Source of the DNA: Phoronis australis
Lineage: Eukaryota > Animalia > Phoronida
NCBI GenBank assembly: GCA_002633005.1
Contig: NMRA01000154.1
Coordinates: 290,728-354,727, forward strand
Length of the DNA: 64,000 nt
Reading direction: 5' to 3'
The notes beneath the pieces were generated by a model that saw nothing but the letters and a program-made list of their open reading frames with translations, was not told where the DNA came from and searched no databases. Positions 1-11,272 of this stretch are shown here, in pieces; the first letter of the stretch is position 1, and each line of letters opens with the position of its first letter. The translations under genes were made by a program, and so were the position numbers.

Positions 1-77
1 CACCGAGTCGTAGACACACGACTCCTCCCTTAGTGGAACTTGAAAGTTGTGGGACTGGGCACAGTGAGAATATTGAG

Positions 78-211
78 CAGTGGCGGATTTAAAGGGAGGC
101 CAAACTCTCCCAAATTCTATTTGGCAGTTCAGAGGTGTGAATGTTTGACAGGCAAAATCCTGTCTAATACTACGCACTGTCCCCCCAACTCAAAATCCTG
201 GATCCGCCCTG
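78..211. mobile_element. hAT-like MITE (CAGTGGCGGAT...ATCCGCCCTG termini)
   Basis: Terminal inverted repeats; related copies at 57350-57508, 49806-49900 and partly at ~42270-42385. Confidence 0.7.
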
Positions 212-231
212 TCGTTACTTTTAAAACTGTT

Positions 232-500
232 TATTTTACAAGAGAAAACGTGCAGCCTAACGCGCAAGTACATACATATAGGATGTGATCTGCCACGTGA
301 ACAGTCTGGGTGAAGTATTCAAAAAATCTGCCGAAAAAATGTAAGAAACTTATGAATTCGAAGCGCATGGGATAAATACAAAACGTACCTCGATTAATTG
401 GCGTACATGAAGTAATATCCCACTCGACCTTATTCCGCAGAATAATGTCTCGTGGGATATTACTTCATGTAAGCCACTCTCGGTACGTTTTGTGTATTTA
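232..500. repeat. Interspersed repeat end with a ~125 bp imperfect terminal palindrome
   Basis: Same sequence at ~49350-49557 (direct) and ~45010-45300 (inverted); 373-500 is self-complementary. Confidence 0.75.
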
Positions 501-1299
501 TTCTTGTAAAACCTCATGCCTGTAAGAGTACTTGTTATGTTGAACTACAGCAATTCATTCACTAGTTTTGGCAAATATACGCTTTAATCAACAAATAAAT
601 GAATACTTTTTACCATTCAAAATTAAACAATTTAAACAAAACCTAACCATTTTAAATAACAAAGCATTTCAAACAAATAAAGAATAAATGAAAATGTTCT
701 TACAAAACAGGCTTTTATGATAACTCATCAAGATATTTGGGTAATTAAATAATGGTTAATGAGAGAGGAAATGCAACTTGTGAGAACTACTGTGTATCCA
801 CCACTAATGATGTTAGTGAGAGAGGAACACTTCTGATGACACCTGTATGTGAGCCAGTGACCCCTGTAATCGCATGATGGCATCTGCTGCAGCCACCAAA
901 AAATATTACAAATTCCTAAGATAACGCAAGTGATAAGTTGACTGTGTTGCAGTTTGAAGAGGAAGTGAGTGTCATGAAGGTCAAGGGTCAAACCCAGAGG
1001 AACACATGGGCAACACGTTTCATGGAGAGATGAATAGGGAACCAGATGTTGCTCATGAGTGCATGTGAGTTCTACACTCGTATGCGATGTCAAGATAAAG
1101 AGACACCACATAGTGTAACTGTCATTAAAAAGTATTACTTTGTTACCAACAGACTAGAAACAAAATCACAAGACACTATGTGCACATATCATGTGTAGAG
1201 TCATTCACTCATTTGCAGCTGACACAGATTTCTAAAAATATATTACACATCTGCCGTTACAAATAATCTGCTCACTCTTCAACATAATTTCCACCCGCA

Positions 1300-1450
1300 A
1301 TACAGTAAATGAGTGTTCACCCAGTGCAGTTCACACAATACAGTACTGAGTGTTCCCAGTACAGTTCACACAGAACAGTAACGAGTGTTCACACAGTACA
1401 GTTCACACAATACAATACTGAGTGTTCACAGTTGTATATTTCACACAGAA
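1300..1450. repeat. Minisatellite, about 4 units of 35-38 bp
   Basis: Recurring TGAGTGTTCACACAGTACAGTTCACACAATACAGTA-like unit. Confidence 0.8.
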
Positions 1451-2619
1451 AAATACTGTGCCATGTGAACACTCGCACAATGAAGAAAATAAATTATAAA
1501 TTGCAACAATGCTTCATATTTAAAACAAAAAACATTACTAGGAACAATAAAATATCATTAAGTAGTTAGTTAAATCTGTATCCTGTATTGACCCCCAGGA
1601 ACCTGCTATGTCAACATTACAACAGGTATCACTGGGCAGCAGGCCACCAAGTCAATACCAAGCAGACCTCAGTATTAACCACATAACAATAACACACAGA
1701 ACTATAATAGCCACTAAACAAATAATGCCATAATGCCTGACCTAGAAAAAACATAGGAACAATTATTCTAAAATTTTACTCAAGAACTGTCAGTAATTAA
1801 AAGGAACATTGATAATAAAATTATCTTGTTCCACACTTTGGTGAGTTTTGCCAATAACCAAACAATCTTATCACCTTTCTTCACTTGTTGTACTCAATTT
1901 TACATAAAAAGTCAAAGTAATGAGTGTAAAACACAAACATATAAATTCAGTTATTTAATAGAGGGAAATTTTTAAACATTTCAAAGTAAAAGGGATAAAT
2001 GTATTTCCAAACATGAGAAAGGCTTTCAAATTGGACGCGTTTTGAACACTTGATAAGTGTTAGAAGATATTGGCTTGACCTCCGTCTAACCTTGGTTTAC
2101 AAAAGGGCTAAAAAAACACCACAGAATCATTGATTTGCCCATTGTTACACTTAATGATAATTGAACTGCCACTGAATAGGTTAAATGTTAACCTGAGGGC
2201 TGAAAATTGACAATTAGCTGTACTATAGTTTAGCATCCGTCCCCTACTGAAAACAACGCAAACCGTTCATAAATCAGAGGTAAACGACTTGATATAATGA
2301 ATAAGTTCACATTAAGCAAACTATTTCTTAAAAGTTACAGTTCAATATGATAAATCCGTAACACTAACAACTGTTGGCAAAGTGAATTCTGAAACACTCG
2401 AAATTTAACACAAAATGAACTGGGAAAACAAAATATGAAGATAAAAATCAAGTACATCTTACTCCAAAACAAATGAATTTAGAACTCTTGATTATCAAAA
2501 ATTAAGCCACAAGTTGATGTTTTCTTAATTTCTCTTAGTAAACTAAGAAGTCAGCCAACAGCTGGTGAACACCAAGTAAAAAATACAGAGAAACATGACC
2601 TCAAGTTGGGATTGTCATG

Positions 2620-2705
2620 TTATAAACTCAGTTGAGGCCCCAGAACACAGAGGCTCGCAATGGGGAGATGGCAATAACCTTGAATGTGGTGGAAGGGTGC
2701 ACCAC
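2620..2705 (-). CDS. Possible terminal coding exon of the RCC1-repeat gene
   Basis: Acceptor ttttgttaatag; phase-1 compatible; reads GGAPFHHIQGYCHLPIASLCVLGPQLSL*; no RCC1 motif, so tentative. Confidence 0.25.
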
Positions 2706-3461
2706 CTATTAACAAAAATGGTAACTACTGCACTGGCTAAGTAATAATTAAATTTTCAATGCCATTTTCATAATGTTTAGTAAGTTCAAGAAAACACTAG
2801 CTAAAGCAAATTGTCCACAACAACACAGTCAGCTTAGGCCTTGATATACACTTGCTGAATACGAAAATTCCATGGGCCAAAATGAATCTCGTTTAAGTCC
2901 CAAATTTTTAATGGGAAAACAGTTTAGTGTAAAACAGACAAAAGCTGAACGTCCCTCAATCATGTTTACAATTCAACAATAATTACACTCTTGTTCAAGA
3001 TGTCCCGTGAATCACATAAAATAACAATGAATTAGGTCCAAACTAAAAAGCAAATTAAAATATTTCAGAGATTGTTTATTTTACAGACTTGAATTGTACC
3101 AATTAAGAAGAATTGAGCTTTTACCAAATTTATTAGTCAGCTTTACTATGCAGCTCTTAAACAGTGCTGCATGCATTCAAAGTCACCTCATCACCAGGTT
3201 AGACCAGACCTCAGTTAGATGTAAACATGTGAAAAATTCATGAACTGGGCTACTACACACGAATAAAATTGACTAACCCCTTGTTTCGTATCTTTTGATT
3301 TAGCATAAATTTTTGATCTCCTATATTAGTTACTAAACCTTAGCTAGAAAGTCACATGAAAATTGCCATTCAAACCGGGAGTTATAGACGTCCACTCATT
3401 TTCATGTACATTCATATCAAACCTTTAATTAAAAATGGATGTTTAATTAAATGGTACCAAC

Positions 3462-3605
3462 CTGTCAAGAAAACACTATGAGTGCCGCCTGCTGCTAGGG
3501 CGATGATATTGTCATGGCGGGTATGCCTCAGAATGGGCGATAGTACATCCTTGGTTCTACTACCGCACGCTCGGCTGAAGCCCCACATGTACAGGGAACC
3601 ATCCT
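3462..3605 (-). CDS. RCC1-repeat protein, coding exon 6
   Basis: EDGSLYMWGFSRACG...IIALAAGGTHSVFLT; ttgcag acceptor, gttggt donor, phase 1/1. Confidence 0.85.
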
Positions 3606-3796
3606 CTGCAACAGACAGGCATGTATGTCAATCAGGAGTATACGAGTGTAATCGTGTTACACTGTACAAAAGTGAACTCAAAACACCAAATTAATGATAA
3701 CAAAAAAGAAAAATCGACAATTCATTACTACGTGATGTTTACCAAACATGCACAGGTTCATGTAAGGCTGGTCTAATCTAATTAGCAGCCAGAGAC

Positions 3797-4035
3797 ATTG
3801 GGGCCTAATGGGACAGATATCCACTTCCTTTAATCAAGGTCATGGGTTCAAGTCCCTCTGGGGCACACTGCTAGACCCTCAAGTCAGGTCTCTAGCTCCT
3901 GAGCTTGGTTTTAACTTTGTATTAATAAAGCATAAAAATGGTTCCAGGAGATCAGGGCAATGGACTCACCTGCACAGTCTGTGCACATCCGGTACAATGT
4001 GCAGCAGACGTGATAACTTATTAAAGCAAAAACAA
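3797..4035 (+). mobile_element. Probable tRNA-derived SINE in an intron
   Basis: A-box-like GGCCTAATGG and B-box-like GGTTCAAGTCC at tRNA-like spacing, A-rich end; no intact cloverleaf. Confidence 0.45.
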
Positions 4036-5005
4036 TGACACAGTCAGCTCAACTAAAGACTGCCAGTGAAAAGATGACGCCATTTTGACCAACACAAAAC
4101 TGACAGCTGACTGGTCTCAAAAAGGAAAAACTGTGGTTGAGTATTTAATACAGAACACAGTCACTAGGCTACCATAAGGGGGGCCCCCAACATGTTGCCT
4201 CGGGGAATTGGGCAAAGCGCGATTGTATGTGCACAGGCGGTCCTGTTCAGTTATGAGTGGACTAAAAATAACGGAACACGATTCCGCCGCCATATGGGGT
4301 CTGAGCCCATCTCATCTGCTACCCGTCCTAGTTACTGAGCTCAATAGTTCCTCACGCTGCACGCTATTGCTGTTTCATTTTGCTTGCGGCAGCCTAGGGG
4401 GAGGGGGAGGGGGTGGCAGGCCGCCTATGGAACAACACTAGCGTGGTTTATCTCACTCATATCACAGCTGCACTAAATCCTGCTAGTAATGCAGTTCAGC
4501 TCCTAGTACAGTTTGGTTGCTTAGCACACAGCCAATGACCTATCTTGTGACCCTGAAAAATGTGTTGTCATAGTGACATTCTGTTCTTAGCACGATGTTT
4601 CTTGCTACACCAGAACATCACTCACAACACGCAGTCACTACCAGACCAACCACCCACGTCTCTCAGTTTATTCACAAAATTTCAGCAACATTCATAAGGT
4701 AAGAAAGATTTTTGTGTTACGAAACTGAGCACAATGTGACACGTTGTATATCACATGACGAAAGTCTCGCCGTATCAGGCCTAATCGTACACTGTTATGT
4801 TTTGGTGAGGCTGCATAATCCCAACCATCACAGTGCACAAGATGTGTTATTTTAGAGGCACAGATGTCTGAGTGACTGTGTTGTGGTAGGCTTAAATACA
4901 AAATGTAGAACGTAGCTGCAATTTTTACAACGTATAAGGAAGGAATCACATCAAACGATCATCGATGCAACACGATACACCAAAGATAAAGTCAAACTGC
5001 CGCAC

Positions 5006-5130
5006 CTTGAACCACTAATGTGTGATTAGCCCCACACGACAATAGACGGACGGAGCGGAGGTCTTCGTTAAATTTGGGTACAATCGCTTCCTTCACATCT
5101 CCGGTTCCTATTTGGCCATGACTGTTACTC
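5006..5130 (-). CDS. RCC1-repeat protein, coding exon 5
   Basis: SNSHGQIGTGD...LLSCGANHTLVVQ; ttacag acceptor, gtgcgg donor, phase 2/1. Confidence 0.88.
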
Positions 5131-5505
5131 CTGTAAGTGAATGCGATCAACTTTGCTCGAGTCATTCAGCTTGACAAAATCACTGCACAAATTGTGTAGT
5201 CACTCGAGAGACAAGAGCAAATCGTTAGAGAAGTCTGGGTACAACAAAAAGGACTCCTTACTGACACAAGTGAAACTCTGGCAAATCTTTTTAAATTGCT
5301 TACAAAAAGATTGAAGCATGGAAATTTCTCAACTGGTGCAAAGTGAGTAGTAAATTCTTGATAGTTCGAGATCGAAATCATTTTCTATTGCACTAAGTAA
5401 TGTTGTGTGACATGTTTTGTGCAGATGAGTAAGTTCATAAGTTGTTTTAGGTAAGATAGAAATATTAAATATTTAGAAATCTATTTTTAGACCAATAGGG
5501 CTTAC

Positions 5506-5615
5506 CCCACTCCTGCCACAGCACCATCTTTGAACAGAAACATTGTGTGTTTCTGACCACAGGCAACATGTTGCACAGCACGGTGGGACAGTGTGTGTAT
5601 GAGATGAGGTTTGAA
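5506..5615 (-). CDS. RCC1-repeat protein, coding exon 4
   Basis: FKPHLIHTLSHRAVQHVACGQKHTMFLFKDGAVAGV; ttacag acceptor, gtaagc donor, phase 0/2. Confidence 0.88.
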
Positions 5616-6812
5616 CTGTAAGCAGACAACACATAACATGTTAGAGGAATGGTTGACCAGATGAAGCCATCATTGTTCTGGTCAATGAGCCGTGAGTCAC
5701 CGTAGGTCAAGATGCCGACCATTTCATGTCAAAAATAATCATAGAAAATGACCCGAAATTCTCTATCATGAAAACAGACTGCAAGACCACCATCAGACTA
5801 GTTGCTGCAGAGTAACCCATCACAATGACTCATGACACATGTTTACCTGTCACCACGCACAAACAGTATTTTGTCTGATTACTATATTGGTTTGCGCTGT
5901 ATCCACCCTAAGCCTGGGCACAGTGTCTACAGTCTAGACACACAGTACAGACATTCTTGTCTCATTCTCAGGCAAGAACAGTATCCATATACAGCTGTCA
6001 TTTTAGTAATTGGTTTTATTATGTCTCTTGACTGTCTGCTTTGTAGTTGCGCTGTAAACGACCATCAAAGATACAGAGAGCTCGTCCGAGCTAATTATCA
6101 ATCATAAATATTGTTGTGTGTTCAACACATTTTGTCTACAGGAGGGACTACTGCTGCTCAATTATTCTGATAACTACATTATATATGTATAATGTATATA
6201 CACTATATGCATTAACATTCAAGTATGTTATATATGTTACATTATATACATATTTACAGAAATTGAGATTTACTTGTTTTACAAAGGTGTCACAAAAGTG
6301 ACATCAAAAAGTTTGGCATAATAGCATCAAATGTAATCACTACTCAAAATTTCATATTTTTAGGTATTTCACTCAGTTCACGTGGCTAAACACAAAAAAA
6401 TCAAATTGAGGTTTTCACTCTGTTCCTCACCATGGCAACAAGAAAATTGAAACGATCAGTGATTCAATTGGGCTTTTCACTCCATTCCATACTATGGCAA
6501 GATTCTATTTCCGTTTCCAACAAGAACATTGAAACGATCGGCAACTCAAAACATGCTTCATAGTTTACTGGGAATGGCCAACGCTAAAATTGAGAAACCG
6601 AAAACGGCACATATATGCATGCATTGCCTGTTACCCGAGTTGGTAACGGAAATGGAATCTGATCAAGGTAAGAGATATTATGAGATCCAACCTAAGTGAG
6701 CAAAACAGGAATTTTGAGCCAGCTCGACTGGGCAAAATCCCACTTTAAGTAAAATTTAAATCTACCTGACAATGGCAAAATTAACAAAATCGTAGATTCT
6801 ATTTGCACTAAC

Positions 6813-7023
6813 TTGGTTCTCTTTGAAATTCTTGATGCGGAAGTCATAACCGAGTTGAGCGTAGAAATTGTTGCCAAAACTGAACATTTGACCATTTTCC
6901 AGCCAAACGAATGAATGTCGACCTCCACAGGCGATCCCCTGAACAGGTGCCGGTTTGACCTGGTTAGCATACAGCAGCACCCTCTGGGGAGTTTGTTGAC
7001 AGTCTTTTCCACCAAGTCCAAGT
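6813..7023 (-). CDS. RCC1-repeat protein, coding exon 3
   Basis: LGLGG...IACGGRHSFVWLENGQMFSFGNNFYAQLG; ttccag acceptor, gttagt donor, phase 2/0. Confidence 0.9.
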
Positions 7024-7596
7024 CTGGAAATGAATAAGAGAAACACTGTAAGCTCACACAGGAGTAAATCCACACAGAGGTCGAGTGTACAAGTTCTGCT
7101 GCTAAAGGTGTTCAATCAGAAGGTCTGTCGTCTTAGCAGACCTGCACTTAAGTTGTCACACTGGCAGTTTTAAGAATGCAAGCTCTAACACATACTGTTA
7201 ATTTTGAAATAGATGTGCAGTCAAGCTGTAACAGAGACTGTTTTTTGGAATCGACGTGCAGTCAAGCTGTAAAGCTGGCAACAAAACTGCTTCTCCCATA
7301 CACAATACTAAAGGAAATTGTTCCAACAAATTGTCCACTAGTAACCACTCTCAAACTCTTGAGTTTATTTTGACCAACAGATGGTGTGTATGAAGACTAA
7401 TAATTCTTACTTGTCTAATTATTGAATTATTAATTCTACATATGACATGAAACTGGTATGTGCGAAAATTACCATTTATGACAATTCAATTAATTTAAGC
7501 AAGAATATCTTGCTTTGGACGAGAAAATACCTCTGCAAACAAAGTTTTTTTTTGAAAAAATAGTGTTTAAATGTTAACATTGAAAACAATACTCAC

Positions 7597-7639
7597 TGGC
7601 CGCTGCTTCCGTTCCCCCAGGCAAAAACATCGTTAGACT
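7597..7639 (-). CDS. RCC1-repeat protein, coding exon 2 (43 nt)
   Basis: ESNDVFAWGNGSSGQ; gtccag acceptor, gtgagt donor, phase 1/2. Confidence 0.88.
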
Positions 7640-8472
7640 CTGGACAGATCACAAAAATAAAAATATAGCAAACAAGGGCAACACAGATTGTTGAGATGCA
7701 CCTACTGTGCGCATCACATACAACATACATAATAGGAGAGATTATTATTTTTAACATTGTCATTATAGATGGAGCAATACTTGAATCCATAGACAGTGCA
7801 AAGCCAGTCATTCAGAACTTGTGGGGGAAATTAAGCGCCACCTGTCGACATCGCGTCGAGATTTAGCCAGAATTGAAATGAAAACAAACGGATATTTAGT
7901 GGTGGTTTTGTGAGGCAAAACTTTTCCAAATGATTCATTATCCAGTTTATTTTGAAAACAACAGCATTAGCTATTGTAGCAACCATCACATGAGAGGCCT
8001 TCACAATTACACAAACTTTATTTTCATCATCAAAAAATTATACCGTCAGACTGCAAAACAAAATAGCTATTTTAAGAAATTGATGGAGGGTGTTACGAGC
8101 AACAGAATTTTCATAGTCACTTCCATCATTATCATGGCAGACCAAGTTACAACAGCCAAACATACAATAGCATGTAACCACAGCTGCTTACCACAACTTA
8201 GACAACGCAAACCAAAAGTTTCATGTGATCAGCTGACTTGTCACATGACTAGTTGTTCACTGATTATTCACACATGTCTATACTTTGAATCTAGCTATAC
8301 ACTGAGAGTATGCGCATGTGCATATCCTGCACACCATGTAACAATTGGTGTGCATTAAGTAAGGCTGACGAATGCTGCATATTGTGGGACTATAATACAC
8401 TATAGTTCAAACTTAACAAATACAAAGAGAGATAACTATTCATGTGGTTACCACGGAAACACTCCAACACAC

Positions 8473-8752
8473 CTGTAACTACCAGTGTATGGCTAGAGCC
8501 GCAGGCAGTCAGTCTCACGTAATCATCTGGTCCACTTCCACAGAAAAACGACACGGCACTCTTCTCACTAGATACATCCTCTTTGACCTCATGACAGTGT
8601 TGTCCAAACTCTCCACAACCCCAGCTCAAAAAGACGCCCTCTTTTGGATCCACAGCTTCTCGTTCTGTCTCTCCCAGAGTTGCCGAGTCACTTTCAATGT
8701 TGCCCGGCCATTTTTCTACTTCAGGGGATGAATGTTCACAGGCTTCTTCCAT
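8473..8752 (-). CDS. RCC1-repeat (RLD) protein, first coding exon
   Basis: MEEACE...FLSWGCGEFGQH...TACGSSHTLVVT; in-frame TAA upstream of the ATG; acceptor before 8791; gtgtgt donor, phase 1. Confidence 0.85.
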
Positions 8753-9559
8753 TTTTTCAGCTTTGCACAGACCAGTCTGTAGTTAGACATCCTGAAATTA
8801 ACTCAAAATGGAATTAGGTTTTATTTTTGTTGCACTATATGAGCAGATGTCTCACAATCATCTCATACATTATCTTACAGCTGCATGCAGTTAAAACGAG
8901 TGACAGTCATGCAGCTGCAAGCAATGGTTACTAGGCGACTGTAGCTGACTTGGCATGCCACCATTTTTGAAACGTCGATCACGTGCATTTTTGTAGCTTT
9001 TGAAAAAGTTTTAATCCTAAGCTGAAATTAATGCAAGCGGGTGCTGATTTTCTTTAAAGTGGCAATTACTCCGCCTTGCATCCAAGAAGCAAACTTTTAC
9101 TGCAGTAAAATTGATCTTAAGTTACTACTTGCTTAAACGAAAAGTGATTTCTGATTTCATGACAGTTCGTTATTCCTTAAGACCATTCTCAGGAGAATAA
9201 CGTAAAATAACACACCTTGACAACCCAGCAGGTAGAACCTGCTCTCAACAAGTAACAAACTATTGGTTCTTTTGAACCTCTGAATTCACCTCCAATTTAA
9301 CTATGGAATAATGTGAGACCAGTTTGAAAATAGTAATAGCAGTTTAAGTCAAAAGTTGTTTCTGTGACGGAATTTGGGTTTACACCCACTTTTAAATAGT
9401 GAGCGCGAGTTTCAAAATAACGCCAATAACCAACTTATAAAATGCTTCTTTTTGGCCTAATGTGAACTCTCACCAACTTAGGATAAGATATGGCCAACAA
9501 GACTTGATTTAAAAAAATAAGAAGCATCAAATAAAAGTTATAATATTTTCAAGATCTTG

Positions 9560-9782
9560 CAAACATTTCTAAGTCTGGTCAGCACATCGCATATGTGGCC
9601 ACATCACGTGACCTAATGAACGTAAGTCTGAAAAGGTTTCTGCCCCAAACAGGACTCAAATCCGGGATCTTCTGCTAACTGTCCTGGCCCGCAGAATTTT
9701 TTTGAGACTTATCGTACATGTTATTCACTAGGTCACGTGATGTGGCCACAGGTGGCGTGCTGACCAGACTTAGAAATGTTTG
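9560..9782. mobile_element. MITE with ~55 bp TIRs
   Basis: CAAACATTTCTAAGTCTGGTCAGCAC...GTGGCCACATCACGTGACCTA and its reverse complement at ~9728-9782. Confidence 0.7.
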
Positions 9783-11155
9783 TGACATACATTGCCACAC
9801 AGGTTTAAGAATTTTTAAAATCTATGCCAAAGGTAACACAAGAAAAGGATTTTACAAAATTATCAGGATTCAAAGCCGTGTTGAAAGCTTTTGAAAAATG
9901 AATAAAAATCAACTTTTATAAGTGTTTTTGTCTCAACATGGTGAACTTTTATTGTAACCCTAACATGAATCATCAATGACATCGAGGTCATTTTCAACAG
10001 ACTACTCAATGGTCCCCAGTCGAGACGTTCCAACCAAGATTTTACTGACAAGCATTGCATACAGGTCATGCAGAAGTGACACCTGTCAAACCAGTGTGAA
10101 ACAGTGACACTTAGTGAACATTCATGTTAAGTCAGCATCACCGAAAGTTACTGTTAGTAATAATATTAAAAAGTGTAAGTACAGACTTCCTACAGATATG
10201 TGTGGTAATTTATCTGTTAATTAATTGTGTCAGTTGCTAAATTGCCAGTGTTCAATACTCACACCTTCTATCACTGGCACTTAGTCATGATTTATGAATG
10301 AAAGGTAAACAGTCAACATGACAAGCCCTGCCTACAAATATCAGAGTCAATGCTATCTTATTAGGATAGCTTATCTCGTTGATCAGGTGCTGCATTTAAA
10401 AGGTCTAGGTAAACACAAAGGGATCTTGTTTAATGTCACATCATCATAATTTATAAGACAGTTCACCTGTACTGGAAAATGGCTATTTGACTCAGAATCG
10501 ATTGTCTTATTTCGATGTCAAGTGATTATAAAATGCTAGCACATTATTTACTTAAAAGAATCAATGTGTGATGTTTTTTAAAAAGTGCTAAGTTAAAAAT
10601 TTGTGGACTAATAATTTAAAAGAAACCATGAGAGCACAGGAATTCGTGGTATAAGAAACACAACGTTTTGCTGTATAAACATACAAGCATATTCAGGCGA
10701 CTACAGGTTAAACACTGATTGTTCAAATAGGAAGTCAATTAAACCACAGTGAGCAAGAAATGCAAACAATGTGTTACCATCTCTTGTGCTCTGGGATTTA
10801 ACTGACTTCTCACTTGAACACTCAACGCTTAATCAGTTAATAGTAAGATATACCTGGTGTTATTAATTTCTAATTATTGCAGTTCTTTTAAAACATTACA
10901 CAATTGTGTTGCCAAAGACTGACATTATTATTATCTATTTACTCATACTTAATACATAATACAAATCAGCAGTTTGTTCATAAATTTTTACTTCACTGCG
11001 ATTTACCGTATGCTTAGCATCACTGCGTGGATCTAAGATGTTTCCAGTAAGATACAACAAGAGGGAGGGGGAGGGGAAGGCCAGTGAGACGGGAGGGGTT
11101 GTCTAAGAAGTGGCGCAAATGAAAGCTGATGCATTGTTACAACAATTTTTCTTAC

Positions 11156-11272
11156 CTTAATTGTGCCTAAGCAGGATTCTTGTCACTGCATCTTATTGCC
11201 AGTCAGAATTAAGCAAACCAGAGAGTGGCAAGTCAAGTCAAGCTACATTTTCTCTGCTTCTATAGGATGTGC
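11156..11272 (-). other. Candidate non-coding 5' UTR exon of the RCC1-repeat gene
   Basis: Acceptor tttctatttgcttcag and donor AG|gtaaga on the minus strand; splice signals only. Confidence 0.35.

Noticed and set aside
9863-10082. Possible extra exon of the RCC1-repeat gene
   Set aside because: Plausible acceptor but no clear donor; an in-frame stop precedes the ATG at 8752, so it cannot extend the CDS
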